Position numbers and translations under genes: made by a program. A stretch of 64,000 bases of DNA from a bacterium. Its GTDB lineage: Bacteria > Orphanbacterota > Orphanbacteria > JBJXGV01. The stretch lies in NCBI GenBank assembly GCA_046160485.1, contig JBJXGV010000001.1:1479-65478 (forward strand), given 5' to 3'. Below are positions 1 through 9,895 of this stretch, in pieces. A model generated the notes under the pieces. That model did not search any database. It saw nothing but the letters and a program-made list of their open reading frames with translations, and was not told the DNA's origin. Within the stretch, counting starts at the first letter, position 1, and each line of letters begins with the position of its first letter.

Positions 1-2430
1 CGCGGGATCGTAGTCGAGATCCGCGCCGAGGAGTCCCGTACCGACCGGCTTGCCGGTACGCATGTCGCCGCCCCAGCGGTACGCGTGCCCCACGTTGAGT
101 TCGCCGAGCACCTCGCCGAGCAGATCGTTCAAGTCATCGCGCGTTGCGATGCGATCGGCAAGCGGGCCGTACTGATTCCATACGCCGGCCCAGTCGACGC
201 CGTGCATCTTCGGGTCGTAGAAGAAATCGCGCTGCAGCCGCCACGCCTCGCGCAGCATCTGCTTCCATTCTTGGCGCGGGTCGACGCGCAGCGACCAACC
301 CGAGAGTTCGACGCGCGAATCGTCGTCGTCATCCTTGTCGGGCGCCTTCGCCGCGCCGGCCTCCACGCGCGTGAACGCCTTCTCCGTCCGATAGACGAGC
401 ACCTCGCCGTCGCCCGACACAGCGTACGAGCGAACGCCCGACGCGAGCGTCGTGAGTTTCTCCTTCTTGATGTCGTAGGTCATGAGCTCGCTGCCGCCCT
501 CGTCTTCGTCGTCGTCATCGCCGCCCGACGGCGGGCGCATCCCTTCGTTCTCCGACTCGAGCCAGTGGAGCTTGCCGTCGACCGCGCGAAGCGCCGAGAG
601 ATTGCCGGGCTCGACGGGAACCTCGACGATGCGGTCGGCGATTCCCGCGAAGTCGATCTTCACGGGCTCGGCGGGCTTGTCGTCCTTCGCGCTCTTGCCG
701 GCGCGCTTTCCCTTTCCGTTGCGATCGCCATTCTTGTCGCCATCGTCTTCGTCGTCATCCTCCTCGTCGTTCGCGTCCTCGTCGGAATCGCCGAGCGCGG
801 GGAACGGCAGCTTGCCGTCGGCCCCGAGCGCGATCACGTACGGGCGCGTCGCGTTGTCGACGATGAACCGCGACTCGTAGCGATCCAGATACGGATTCGT
901 GTAACGGTCGGAGAGGATGTAGAGGAATTTCCCCTTCGCGTCCCACGACGGCGAGTACGAGTTGAACATCGCGTCGGTGATGTTGTGCACACCGCCCGTC
1001 TGGCGGTCCCAGACGCGAATCTGGCCGAAGTAGTTATCGAGCGTCGCGGTGTAAGCGAGGAAACGGCCGTCGGGCGACCAGGCGTACTCGGTAATTTCCC
1101 AGCGCGAGCTATCGACGACGGCGGTGCGCGCGGCGGCCACGTCGGTGACGAGCATCTGGAAGCGTTCGTTGCCCCAAGCCAAGCGCGTACCGTCGGGCGA
1201 CCATGCCGGCGCGAAGTGCCAGCCCGGCGCGAGCGTACCGAGTTGGCGCGGCGGCGCGCTGTTGTCGGCGGAATGCAGCAGCAACTGCTCCTCGCCGTCG
1301 ACTTCCGTCCACGCCGCGATCCACTTTCCGTCCGGCGCGAATGCCGGCGTTTTCGTGCGTGAGATGCTGCTCTCGGTGACGCGGCGGATGAGTCCCTTCT
1401 TCTTCGTGCGCGCCACGAAAACGTCGCCGCGCGTTTCGATCGCGATCCGTTCGCCGTCCTTCGAGAGCGACCAAGACCCGATGCCGCGCATCGGATCGAC
1501 GAACTTCTCGCGCGTCTGCAGGCGATCGCTCGGCAAGCGAATCGCGACCTGCTCGTTGCGCCCGCTCGCCAGGTCGTACGCCCAAACATCCATTGCGTGC
1601 TGGTAGACGATTTTTCCGCCGCCGAGTGCGGGCCAGCGCACGTCGAAATCCTCGAATGTCGTGTGGCGCTTCACGTCGCTGCCGTCGGGCTTCATCGACG
1701 CGAGGTTCGGCCGGCCCCAACGGTCGGTCACGAAGTAGATGCGGCCGTCGTCGGCCCACATCGGGAACGCGTCCTTGCCGTCGTACTGCGTCACCTCGGT
1801 GAACGCGAGCGGCTCGAGAGTGCCGACATAGATCTGCTCCGCTTCGCCGCCCTTGTAGCGCTTCCACGCATGAAACTCGAGGCCGATCATCTGATACGCG
1901 ACGCGGGCGCCGCGCGGCTCCATGCTGATCCACGCCGCCGGTTCGAGCGGAAGCATCTCCGCGAGGCTTTCGGTGGGGCGCTGCGTGAAGATGCGAAAAT
2001 CTCCGTGCGCGTGGTCGCGCCGGCTGCGGAAGATCACCTTGCCGTCGGCCGTCCAACCGAGCGCGATGTCCTGCGCGGGATGATACGTGAGCCGCTCGGG
2101 CTCGCCGCCCTCCGCCGACATCACGTAGACGTCGTCGTTGCCGTCATACTGCGCGGTGAAAGCGATCCACTTGCCGTCGGGCGAGACGCGCGCGAAACGT
2201 TCGTCGCCCTCGTGCGCGGTGAGGCGCATCGCGGTGCCGCCGCCGGCCGGCACGCGCCAGAGATCACCCTCCGACGAAAAGACGATGATGCCGCCGCCAA
2301 TCGAAGGGTAGCGATAGAAACCGGGCGCGGGAGCCGACGCGGCGTCCTGCGCGGCTGCGCGCGGGCACGCGGCGAGAACGAGGAGCGTCGCGATCAACGC
2401 GAGAGATGGAAGAGGTCGGGTCCGTCGGGT
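1..2430 (-). CDS. Tricorn protease homologue (C-terminus runs off the window start)
   Basis: Manual translation of the minus frame from the ATG at 2430 gives MTRRTRPLPSLALIATLLVLAACPRAAAQ (signal/lipobox-like). It continues FYRYPSIGGGIIVFSSEGDLWRVPAGGGTAMRLTAHEGDERFARVSPDGKWIAFTAQYDGNDDVYVMSAEGGEPERLTYHP, the typical tricorn N-terminal beta-propeller. The same frame checked at the window start (bases 1-114) reads ...ELNVGHAYRWGGD.... It is absent from the ORF track, probably because it is open-ended; I did not check every codon in between. Confidence 0.75.
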
Positions 2431-3106
2431 CATCGGGGTTCCTCTCGAGTGCGGTTTGGGTGCGGGTTCGCGAGCGCGCAGGAGTGAGCGCTCGCGCGTC
2501 AGAAAAGGGAATCCTCGCGCGCGACGGGAGATCGCGCGGGTGGTCGAAGTCGTCGAGTACAGCTGGGTCGTCGACGTCGAACTCGATGCGGTCGCGCGCG
2601 TGCGCGCGCACGACGGCGCGCGCTCCGATGTCGAGCGGCGCGGCGGCGAGTTCGCCGAAGAGCGCGCGCGAGAAGATGACGGGATGGCCGCGGCGGCCTC
2701 GATAACACGGAACGACGATCGGAGCGCGCGTGCGCGCGAACTCGGCGATGAGCGCGCCGATCGTCGCGGCGGAAACATGCGGGCAATCGACCGGCGCGAC
2801 GAGAAGCGCGTCCGCGCCGCGGCCGAGCGGGTCGGTGGCGATCGCGTCGAGACACGCGTGAATCGACGAGAGCATTCCGCGTTCGGGCGCGGGATTGACG
2901 ACGAGCGTTGCCCCGCGCGCCGCGACGATCGCCGCGACGGCGTGGGCGTCGGGACGCGTGACGACGTAGCTCGGCGATACGTCCGCGCCACTCAACGATT
3001 CGAGGATAAGATCGAGAAGCGCGCGGCCGTCGATCGTCACGAGCGCCTTCGGGGCGCCCATGCGCTTCCCTGCTCCCGCCGCGAGAACGCACGCCGCGAT
3101 CGTCAT
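2264..3106 (-). CDS. MobA/MocA-like molybdenum cofactor nucleotidyltransferase with a ~90-aa low-complexity tail
   Basis: MTIAACVLAAGAGKRMGAPKAL...LLVAPVDCPHV...GHPVIF motifs are typical of MocA/MobA. It is the last gene of the molybdoenzyme operon. The fold seems to end near DFDHPRDL, but the frame stays open to 2264 and overlaps the tricorn start. Confidence 0.7.
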   Translation of the reverse strand: MTIAACVLAAGAGKRMGAPKALVTIDGRALLDLILESLSGADVSPSYVVTRPDAHAVAAIVAARGATLVVNPAPERGMLSSIHACLDAIATDPLGRGADALLVAPVDCPHVSAATIGALIAEFARTRAPIVVPCYRGRRGHPVIFSRALFGELAAAPLDIGARAVVRAHARDRIEFDVDDPAVLDDFDHPRDLPSRARIPFSDARALTPARSRTRTQTALERNPDDPTDPTSSISRVDRDAPRSRRVPARSRAGRRVGSRARFLSLPFDWRRHHRLFVGG

Positions 3107-3113
3107 GCGGCGC

Positions 3114-4151
3114 TCATGAAACGCTCAAGAGCGAGTGGCGAACAAGCCGCTCGCGCGCGACACGCGAATCGTCGCCGCGAATCTCGCGGAGCGCATGAGC
3201 CACGAGATCGCGCGCCATTCGTTTGCGCCAGCCCAATACGAAGTCGGTGTTGTCCATCGGCTTCGCGATCTGCGCAGCGAGGCCCGCCGCCTCGCGGATC
3301 GCGTCGTCGTCGAGGCGATTGCCGGCGAGGAATTCCGACGCCGCCGGTGCGAGAAGCGGGCGCGAGGCCACCGAGCCGAGAACGATGCGCGACTCGAGTA
3401 CGACGCCGTTCTCGACGCGTGCCGCGACCGCGGCCGAAAGCACCGGGAAGTCGAACGCCCCGCGGCGCCGCAGCTTCCAATACGCGCTGCGCCAACCGGC
3501 AAGTAGCGGCGCCTTCACGTCCGCGACAATCTCGTTCGGACGCCGCGTCAGATAGTGGATGCCGTCGTTCTGGTAGAGGTCGGCAAGCGCGACGTCGCGC
3601 TCGCCCCCGCGCGACACGAGCCGCACGCGCGCGCCGAGCGCCATGAGCGCGGGCGCCCCGTCAGTCGACGACACCGCGAGGCACCGCGGGCTTCCCGTCG
3701 CGACCCAGCAAATCTCGCCGTCCTTCTTCATGCAGAAGTCGATCGCCTTGCGCCACTCGTAGTTTTGATCGTAGTAGTTGCAGCGCGTGTCGAGGCAAAG
3801 ATTGCCGCCGATCGTGCCCATGTTGCGCAGGTGGGGCGTGGCGATCTGCGCGGCGGCCTGCCAGAGCGCCGCGGTGCTGACGCGCGCGCGCGCGTCGCGA
3901 ACGATCTCGGTGAGCGTCGTGCACGCGCCGATTGCAAGCCCGCCGCCGTCGACCCAGCGAATCCCGCGAAGTTCCGCGACGCCGCGAAGCGCGATCACGG
4001 CACGCGGCGTTTGCTGGCGCCGCTTCATGTTCGGCAAGAGATCGGTGCCGCCGGCAAGAAGCGATGCGTCGGGCCCCTCGCCGTCGAGAATACGCGCCGC
4101 CTCGTCGAGCGTGCGCGGCGCGTGATACGCGAAGAGCGGCAAGCGCATCAT
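3114..4151 (-). CDS. FAD-binding subunit of a xanthine-dehydrogenase-family enzyme (4-hydroxybenzoyl-CoA reductase beta-like)
   Basis: MMRLPLFAYHAPRTLDEAARIL...LLAGGTDLLPNMK...GTIGGNL is the CO-dehydrogenase flavoprotein fold. There is an extra Cys loop, CLDTRCNYYDQNYEWRKAIDFCMKKDGEICW. The ATG at 4151 overlaps the upstream stop (ATGA). The track ORF starting at 4259 is an Arg-rich extension. Confidence 0.8.
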   Translation of the reverse strand: MMRLPLFAYHAPRTLDEAARILDGEGPDASLLAGGTDLLPNMKRRQQTPRAVIALRGVAELRGIRWVDGGGLAIGACTTLTEIVRDARARVSTAALWQAAAQIATPHLRNMGTIGGNLCLDTRCNYYDQNYEWRKAIDFCMKKDGEICWVATGSPRCLAVSSTDGAPALMALGARVRLVSRGGERDVALADLYQNDGIHYLTRRPNEIVADVKAPLLAGWRSAYWKLRRRGAFDFPVLSAAVAARVENGVVLESRIVLGSVASRPLLAPAASEFLAGNRLDDDAIREAAGLAAQIAKPMDNTDFVLGWRKRMARDLVAHALREIRGDDSRVARERLVRHSLLSVS

Positions 4152-6646
4152 GTGTGGATCACCTTCTTCTTCGGCCCCGACGCCGCGCGCGCAGGCTCGT
4201 TCGTCGCGCGCCCGTCGCCGCCTTCCCACGGCGGCGGCACGCGCAGCGCCTCGGGCCACGCGATCTCGGGAAAACGCCCCGGTCCGAACCGCGCCGCGCG
4301 CCGGGCGCGTTTCTCGTCGAGAGCCTTCATGATTTTCTCGGGCGTGATCGGCACCTCATCGATGCGCACGCCGACCGCGTCGTACACTGCGTTCGCGACC
4401 GCGGGCATGATCGGCAGGAGCGGTCCCTGCCCGACCTCCTTCGCGCCGAACGGCCCGCGCGGATCGGGGTCCTCGACGATGTCGGTGAAGACCTCGGGCA
4501 TGTCGAGCGACGTCGGACTCTTGTATTCGAGGATCGACGGGAACTTGTGCACGAGCGCGTTCGAGAGCTTCGCGGGGAGGCGGCGAAAGACCTGCTCTTC
4601 CATGAGCGCCTCGCCGAGCCCCATGTAGACGCTCCCCTCGACCTGCCCGCGCACGAGCGTGGGATTGAGCGAACGCCCGATGTCGTGCGCGATCCACACT
4701 CGCGGCACCGTGATCCATCCCGTCGACGGATCGACATCCACTTCGACGACAGCGGCGGAATAGGAATACGTCGGCGACGGACCGACGCCGCCGCCTTTGA
4801 AGCGTGCGGCCGACGCGGGCGGCGTGTACGAGCCGACCGTGCCGATCGTGCCGAAGAGCGCCTCCGCGAGACACACGGCTTCGCGAAACGTGACGCCCTT
4901 CTCGGGATCCTCGGCGTCGAAAACGCGGCGCTCGGCGAAGACGAGGCGCCCCTTCGGCACCTCGATGTGCGGCGCGACCGCGGAGGCGAGAAACTCTCGC
5001 GCGCGCTCCGCCGCCTGAATCGCCGCGTTGCCCATCATGAGCGTGACGCGGCTCGAGTACGAGCCGAGGTCGACCGGCGTCAGATCGGTGTCGCCTGTCA
5101 CCGCGCGAATGTCGAACGGGTCGATGCCGAGCACCTCGGCGATGCACGCGACGAGAACGTCGTCGGAGCCCTGGCCGATCTCGGTTGCGCCGCAGAACGC
5201 GGTGACGCCGCCGCCGCGGTCGAGCTGAAGCTGCACGCCGGAGTGCGGCATCGCGTTCCAGTAGATCGGAAGCCCCGCGCCCGACAGATACGACGAACAC
5301 GCGATGCCGACGCCGCGCCCCTCCGGCAGCCGCCGAAACTTCTCCTTCCAACCGGAGCGCGCAACGACGCGGCGCACGCACTCCGACAAGCCGATCGTTC
5401 CGATGCGCAGGTAGTTCGCCGTCACCGCGTTCGGTTTCTCGGCGATGCGAAGGCGCAACTCCGCGGGATCGATCGCGAGCTTCTCGGCGATCTTGTCGAG
5501 CTGAACCTCTTGCCCGAATCGCGGCTGCGGCGTGCCGTGCCCGCGCTTCGGCCCGCACGGCGGCTTATTCGTGAAGACGCGGCAGCCCTCGAAGTGATAA
5601 CGCGGCACGTGGTACGTCACCGTTTGCAGCGCGCCCGTGTAGAACGTGCTCGCGACGCCGTACGATCCGTACGCGCCGCCGTCGATCAACGTGCGCAGCT
5701 TCATCGCGGTGATCGAACCGTCCTTCTTCACGCCCGTTTTGATCGACATGAGCACAGGGTGCCGCCCGCGGTGGCAGTAGAAAACCTCTTCGCGCGTCAG
5801 GCAGATCTTCACGGGGCGCCCGAGCAAGAGCGCCGCCTTCGAGACGACGATCTCGTGATTGAACGGATCGCTCTTGCCGCCGAAGCCGCCGCCGTTCGGC
5901 GTGGCGATGACGCGAATGTGCGCGGCGGGCATCGAAAGCGTTTTCGCCAGAGCGCGATGCAAGTAGTGCGGCGTCTGCGTGCTCGACCAGATGCAGAGCT
6001 TGCCGTCGGGATCGACCGCCGCGACCGACGCGTGCTGCTCGATCGGTAGGTGCGTGTTCCCCTCGTAGAAGAACGTGTCGTCGAAGATCTCGTCCGCCTC
6101 CGCGAAGCCGGCCTCGACATCGCCGAACGCGAGCGCGACACGTTTGTGCACGTTGCCATCGTCGCCGTAGTCGTGAATGCGCGGCTCGGGCGTCGCGAGA
6201 CTCTCTTCGGGATCGCCGATCGTCGTGAGCAACTCGTATTCGACGTCGATGAGGTCGAGCGCTTCGAACGCGATCAGCTCGTCGCGCGCGATGATCGCCG
6301 CGACCGGATCGCCGACGAAGCGCACGCGATCGACGCAGAGCGCCGTTTCGTCCTGGCTCACGGGAAGAATGCCGTATGGAATCGGGAGGTCGCCGCCGGT
6401 GAGGACGAGATGAACACCGGCCCGCGCGAGCGCGCGCGACGCGTCGATGCGCACGATGCGCGCGTGCGGGTGCGGCGAGCGAAGCAGCTTGCAGTGGAGC
6501 ATGCGCGGGAGCGCAATGTCGTCGGCGAATCGCGTCTGCCCCGTGACCTTCGCGCGAGCGTCGACGCGGCGCCGAGGAACGCCGATGATGCGCAGCGGCC
6601 GTCCGTTGCTCTCGCCCGGGTCGCTGCCGCTCTGCGTGTCGCTCAC
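4148..6646 (-). CDS. Molybdopterin-binding large subunit, xanthine dehydrogenase/aldehyde oxidase family
   Basis: LRIIGVPRRRVDARAKVTGQTRFADDIALPRMLHCKLLRSPHPHARIV... continuing to ...GFGGKS... and ...AKEVGQGPLLPIMPAVANAV. A GTG at 6646 overlaps the small-subunit stop (GTGA). The track start at 6991 adds an Arg-rich stretch that overlaps the small subunit. Confidence 0.8.
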   Translation of the reverse strand: MSDTQSGSDPGESNGRPLRIIGVPRRRVDARAKVTGQTRFADDIALPRMLHCKLLRSPHPHARIVRIDASRALARAGVHLVLTGGDLPIPYGILPVSQDETALCVDRVRFVGDPVAAIIARDELIAFEALDLIDVEYELLTTIGDPEESLATPEPRIHDYGDDGNVHKRVALAFGDVEAGFAEADEIFDDTFFYEGNTHLPIEQHASVAAVDPDGKLCIWSSTQTPHYLHRALAKTLSMPAAHIRVIATPNGGGFGGKSDPFNHEIVVSKAALLLGRPVKICLTREEVFYCHRGRHPVLMSIKTGVKKDGSITAMKLRTLIDGGAYGSYGVASTFYTGALQTVTYHVPRYHFEGCRVFTNKPPCGPKRGHGTPQPRFGQEVQLDKIAEKLAIDPAELRLRIAEKPNAVTANYLRIGTIGLSECVRRVVARSGWKEKFRRLPEGRGVGIACSSYLSGAGLPIYWNAMPHSGVQLQLDRGGGVTAFCGATEIGQGSDDVLVACIAEVLGIDPFDIRAVTGDTDLTPVDLGSYSSRVTLMMGNAAIQAAERAREFLASAVAPHIEVPKGRLVFAERRVFDAEDPEKGVTFREAVCLAEALFGTIGTVGSYTPPASAARFKGGGVGPSPTYSYSAAVVEVDVDPSTGWITVPRVWIAHDIGRSLNPTLVRGQVEGSVYMGLGEALMEEQVFRRLPAKLSNALVHKFPSILEYKSPTSLDMPEVFTDIVEDPDPRGPFGAKEVGQGPLLPIMPAVANAVYDAVGVRIDEVPITPEKIMKALDEKRARRAARFGPGRFPEIAWPEALRVPPPWEGGDGRATNEPARAASGPKKKVIHT

Positions 6647-7152
6647 TTCTCGCCGCCTTCGCTCATGCGCACGACCGCCGCTTCCACCGCTTCGAAGATC
6701 TGCAGGTAACCGGTACAGCGGCAGAGCACGCCGGAGAGCGCTTCGCGGATCTCGTCGCGAGTCGGATGCGGATTGCCGTCGAGAAGCGCCTTCGCCGTGA
6801 CGAGAATCCCCGGCGTGCAATAACCGCACTGCGTCGCGCCGAGATCGGCGAACGTCTCCTGCAGAGGATGCAGGCGCGCGTCCGTCGCCATCCCCTCGAC
6901 GGTCAGCACCTCGCGCCCGTCGCACTCGAGGGCGAGCACGAGGCACGACAGAACCGGCTCGCCGTCGAGAAGCACCGCGCACGCGCCGCACTCGCCGAGC
7001 TCGCAGCCGTGCTTCGTTCCGGTCAGCGCGAGATCCTCTCGCAGCACCTCGAGGAGCGTCTTGTACGGCGCGAAGTTCGCTTCGACCGCTTCGCCGTTGA
7101 CGCGAAGCGCGATACGCGCGGACTTCCTCGATTCGATGGGGATTTCGTTCAC
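6643..7152 (-). CDS. (2Fe-2S)-binding small subunit (CoxS/HcrC-like)
   Basis: Both canonical 2Fe-2S motifs are present: GCELGECGACAVLLDG and CGYCTPGILV...LCRCTGY. Confidence 0.9.
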   Translation of the reverse strand: MNEIPIESRKSARIALRVNGEAVEANFAPYKTLLEVLREDLALTGTKHGCELGECGACAVLLDGEPVLSCLVLALECDGREVLTVEGMATDARLHPLQETFADLGATQCGYCTPGILVTAKALLDGNPHPTRDEIREALSGVLCRCTGYLQIFEAVEAAVVRMSEGGEK

Positions 7153-7221
7153 GATTCTCCTCGTGTCGTTACGGCCGCGCGTGGAGCGGGAGGCCGATGC
7201 TATCCGGAGTGCGGCGCGATT

Positions 7222-8583
7222 TCAATGCCGGCCCAGGGCGTCAGCGAGGGCGCGCGCGGCGACGTCGTTCCCCGTGCGGGTCCAGTGCCCGTCCTGCTCG
7301 AAGAAGAGTCGCTCGCCCGCGCGCGCGCGGAGCGCCGGGAGGAGATCGCAGTAGAGAATTCGCCGATCGCGCGCGAACTCGGCAAGGCGATCTTGAAGCG
7401 GCGTCTCCGCGACGACGCGCTCGTCGAGCCGGAATCCTGCCTGGCGAATCCACCAGTACGTCGAATCGACTTGGACCGCCGGCGGGAACGCGACGAGCGC
7501 AAAACGCGCACCCGTGCGCGCGACGTCCGCGGCGAGATCGTCGAGCGCGCGCTCCGCGGCGGGCCAGCCCACGGTCGCCTCCTCGCTCGGCATGAGCAGC
7601 AGATTCTTGCGGATCGATTCCGGATCGAGAATCGCCTCCGCGAAGTTGAAGGGGTTGATGCGGAATTCGCGGGCCTGGGCGACGAGCGACTCGGGGATCG
7701 CGGCAAGACGTGCGGCGATCGTGGCGGAGTCGATGCCCGCGGCGAGGCCGCGTGCGAAGAGCGCGCTTCGTTCGAGCGGATTCTCGATCCCCTCGGCGGC
7801 CCAACCGAGCGTGGTGCGCGGAGCGGGCGCGTCGCGATGGAGCAGGCGGCCGATTGCGGCAACGAGCGCCGACCGCGGGCGCGGCGCCGCGGCGGCGCGC
7901 GCCTCCTTCACCGCGTCGCTCAGATCGTTCCCCGCGTAGAACGCGGCGACCACGACGTCGGGGCGATAGCGGCGCACCGCGCCCTCCCAGACCCGCATGT
8001 ACGATCGCGGCCCCGTTCCCGTCACGCCGAAGTTCATCACCTCCGCGGGCGTGCCCGATTCGCCGAGGATCTGCTCGAGGCGCGAGGTCATGATCTCGGG
8101 GAACGCGACGCCGGCGCCCCAGACAAAGCTGTCGCCGATCACGGCGATACGCGTCGTGCCGCGCGGGGCGCGCGCCGCATGATTCGTATCGCGAAACCCG
8201 TCGCGGTTCGTCGCGATCTCGACGTCGTACTCCGGCGAACTCATCCGCGTCACGAGGTTCTTCGGGTAGCGCTTGAAGCGCGCGTCGCGCGCGGCCACCG
8301 CGCGCAGCCCGAACTCCGCGATCCCCAACGCGACGCCCGTGCTCATCACGAGCAGAAGGAGATTCGCGCCGAAGACCGCACGGTAGCGCCGCTCGCTCGC
8401 GCCGAAGACGACCGCGGTCGCGGCGCAGAGGAGAAGCCCGTAGAGAGCGAGGAACGTCGCGTACGCAGGCGAATAGCGGCCGAGCACACTCGCGTGAAGG
8501 CTGACACGCGACGCGAGCGGCACGGCGAGCGCGGCCAGCGCCGCGAGCGCGAGGAGCCCCGGCAACCGCGAGCGCAGCGTCAC
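7222..8583 (-). CDS. Membrane-anchored SGNH/GDSL-family hydrolase or acyltransferase, paralogue 1
   Basis: Three N-terminal hydrophobic helices, an IAVIGDSFVWGAG block-I serine motif, and a C-terminal FFEQDGHWT (D-x-H block V, AlgX/AlgJ-like). The GTG start at 8583 is preferred over the track start at 8685, which overlaps the divergent aminotransferase. Confidence 0.65.
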   Translation of the reverse strand: MTLRSRLPGLLALAALAALAVPLASRVSLHASVLGRYSPAYATFLALYGLLLCAATAVVFGASERRYRAVFGANLLLLVMSTGVALGIAEFGLRAVAARDARFKRYPKNLVTRMSSPEYDVEIATNRDGFRDTNHAARAPRGTTRIAVIGDSFVWGAGVAFPEIMTSRLEQILGESGTPAEVMNFGVTGTGPRSYMRVWEGAVRRYRPDVVVAAFYAGNDLSDAVKEARAAAAPRPRSALVAAIGRLLHRDAPAPRTTLGWAAEGIENPLERSALFARGLAAGIDSATIAARLAAIPESLVAQAREFRINPFNFAEAILDPESIRKNLLLMPSEEATVGWPAAERALDDLAADVARTGARFALVAFPPAVQVDSTYWWIRQAGFRLDERVVAETPLQDRLAEFARDRRILYCDLLPALRARAGERLFFEQDGHWTRTGNDVAARALADALGRH

Positions 8584-8663
8584 GTGCGCGCGCCGAACTG
8601 CTGGCCCGATTCTAAAATCTGCGTGCGCTTGTGCCGCCGCGCGCGCTCCCCCACAATCGCCGC

Positions 8664-9830
8664 ATGTTCTCGCGCCGCACGCCATCCGTATTCACGCCGA
8701 ATGCGCTCGCCGCACGCCTCGCCGAGGCTCGCCGCGCGGGGGCGCGCCTGATCGATCTGACGGAAACGAACCCGGCGCGCACGGGCCTGGCTCCCGAGTA
8801 CGACGAGATCGCTCCCGCGCTCGCGAATGCCGAACTCGCGCGCTACGAACCCGATCCGCGCGGCGGCGCGCGTGCGCGAGAAGCGGTCGCGCGCTACTAC
8901 GCGGGGATCGGGCAGGCGGTCGCGCCGGAGCGCATCGTGCTGACGGCGAGCACGAGCGAGGCGTACGCGCATCTCTTCCGGCTCCTCGCCGACGCGGGCG
9001 ACGAATTCCTCGCGCCCGCGCCGAGCTACCCGCTCTTCGAACCGCTCGCCGCGCTCGAAGAAACGCGCCTCGTCTCGTATCCGCTGCGCTACGAAACGCG
9101 CTGGCGTATCGACACCGACGCGGTCGGAAAGCTCGTGAACGCGAGCACGCGCGGCATCATCGTCGTCAGCCCGAACAATCCGACCGGTTCGATGACGAGC
9201 GAAGCCGAGGCGAGCGAACTCGAATCGATCGCTTGCAAGCACGACGTGCCGATCCTCTGCGACGAGGTGTTCGGCGATTTCGCCGCGGAGCCGGACGAAA
9301 GTTCGCGCCGCCGCACGTTCGTCGACGTGCGCGGCGCACTCGCGTTCGTCCTCTCGGGGCTCTCGAAGGTTGCCGGGCTGCCGCAGATCAAACTCGGGTG
9401 GATCGTCGTCGCGGGTCCGGAGGCGCAAGCGCGCGAAGCGGTCGAGCGGCTCGAGTGGATCGCCGACGCGTTTCTCTCCGTCGGCGCGCCCGCGCAGGTC
9501 GCGCTTCCGCACCTGCTCGCGAACCGGCACGCGTTTCAGACTCGCACGCGCGAGCGCGTCGCGACGAACCGCGCGCGGCTCGGCCTTGCGCTCGCCGCGC
9601 GCGCCGACATCGAGCTCTTGCGTTCGGACGGCGGTTGGGCCGCGGTGATGCGCGTGCCGCGCACACGCAGCGAGGAAGCGTGGTGCCTCGAGCTTCTCGA
9701 TCGCGGCGTCCTCGTTCATCCGGGGCACTACTACGATTTCCACGACGAGGCGTACCTGGTCGTAAGCCTCCTGCCCGAGCCGAGCGCGTTCGCGCGCGCG
9801 GTCGACGAGATCGCGGCGATCGACGCGTAG
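8664..9830 (+). CDS. PLP-dependent aminotransferase, class I/II
   Basis: VVSPNNPTGS and LSGLSKVAGLPQIKLGW (PLP lysine motif), with the overall AlaC/AspC-like layout. The ATG at 8664 (MFSRRTPS) is preferred to the GTG at 8631. Confidence 0.8.
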   Translation: MFSRRTPSVFTPNALAARLAEARRAGARLIDLTETNPARTGLAPEYDEIAPALANAELARYEPDPRGGARAREAVARYYAGIGQAVAPERIVLTASTSEAYAHLFRLLADAGDEFLAPAPSYPLFEPLAALEETRLVSYPLRYETRWRIDTDAVGKLVNASTRGIIVVSPNNPTGSMTSEAEASELESIACKHDVPILCDEVFGDFAAEPDESSRRRTFVDVRGALAFVLSGLSKVAGLPQIKLGWIVVAGPEAQAREAVERLEWIADAFLSVGAPAQVALPHLLANRHAFQTRTRERVATNRARLGLALAARADIELLRSDGGWAAVMRVPRTRSEEAWCLELLDRGVLVHPGHYYDFHDEAYLVVSLLPEPSAFARAVDEIAAIDA

Positions 9831-9895
9831 CGCGCTCGCGGGCCGGTGCGCGCTCGCGCGGCGCGAGCGCGCGGGCCCGCCCGTATTCGGATTCG

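Noticed and set aside
6647-6991. N-terminal extensions in the ORF track. Examples are the large Mo subunit from 6991, the FAD subunit from 4259, pgk from 16720, fabD from 23626, fabG from 23006, trmJ from 33527, iscU-like from 34107, the pilins from 50752, 52886 and 53287, and the regulator from 54798.
   Set aside because: The extensions are Arg-rich and overlap the upstream gene. Internal starts give canonical N-termini, often with ATGA/GTGA coupling or a Shine-Dalgarno at the right distance.
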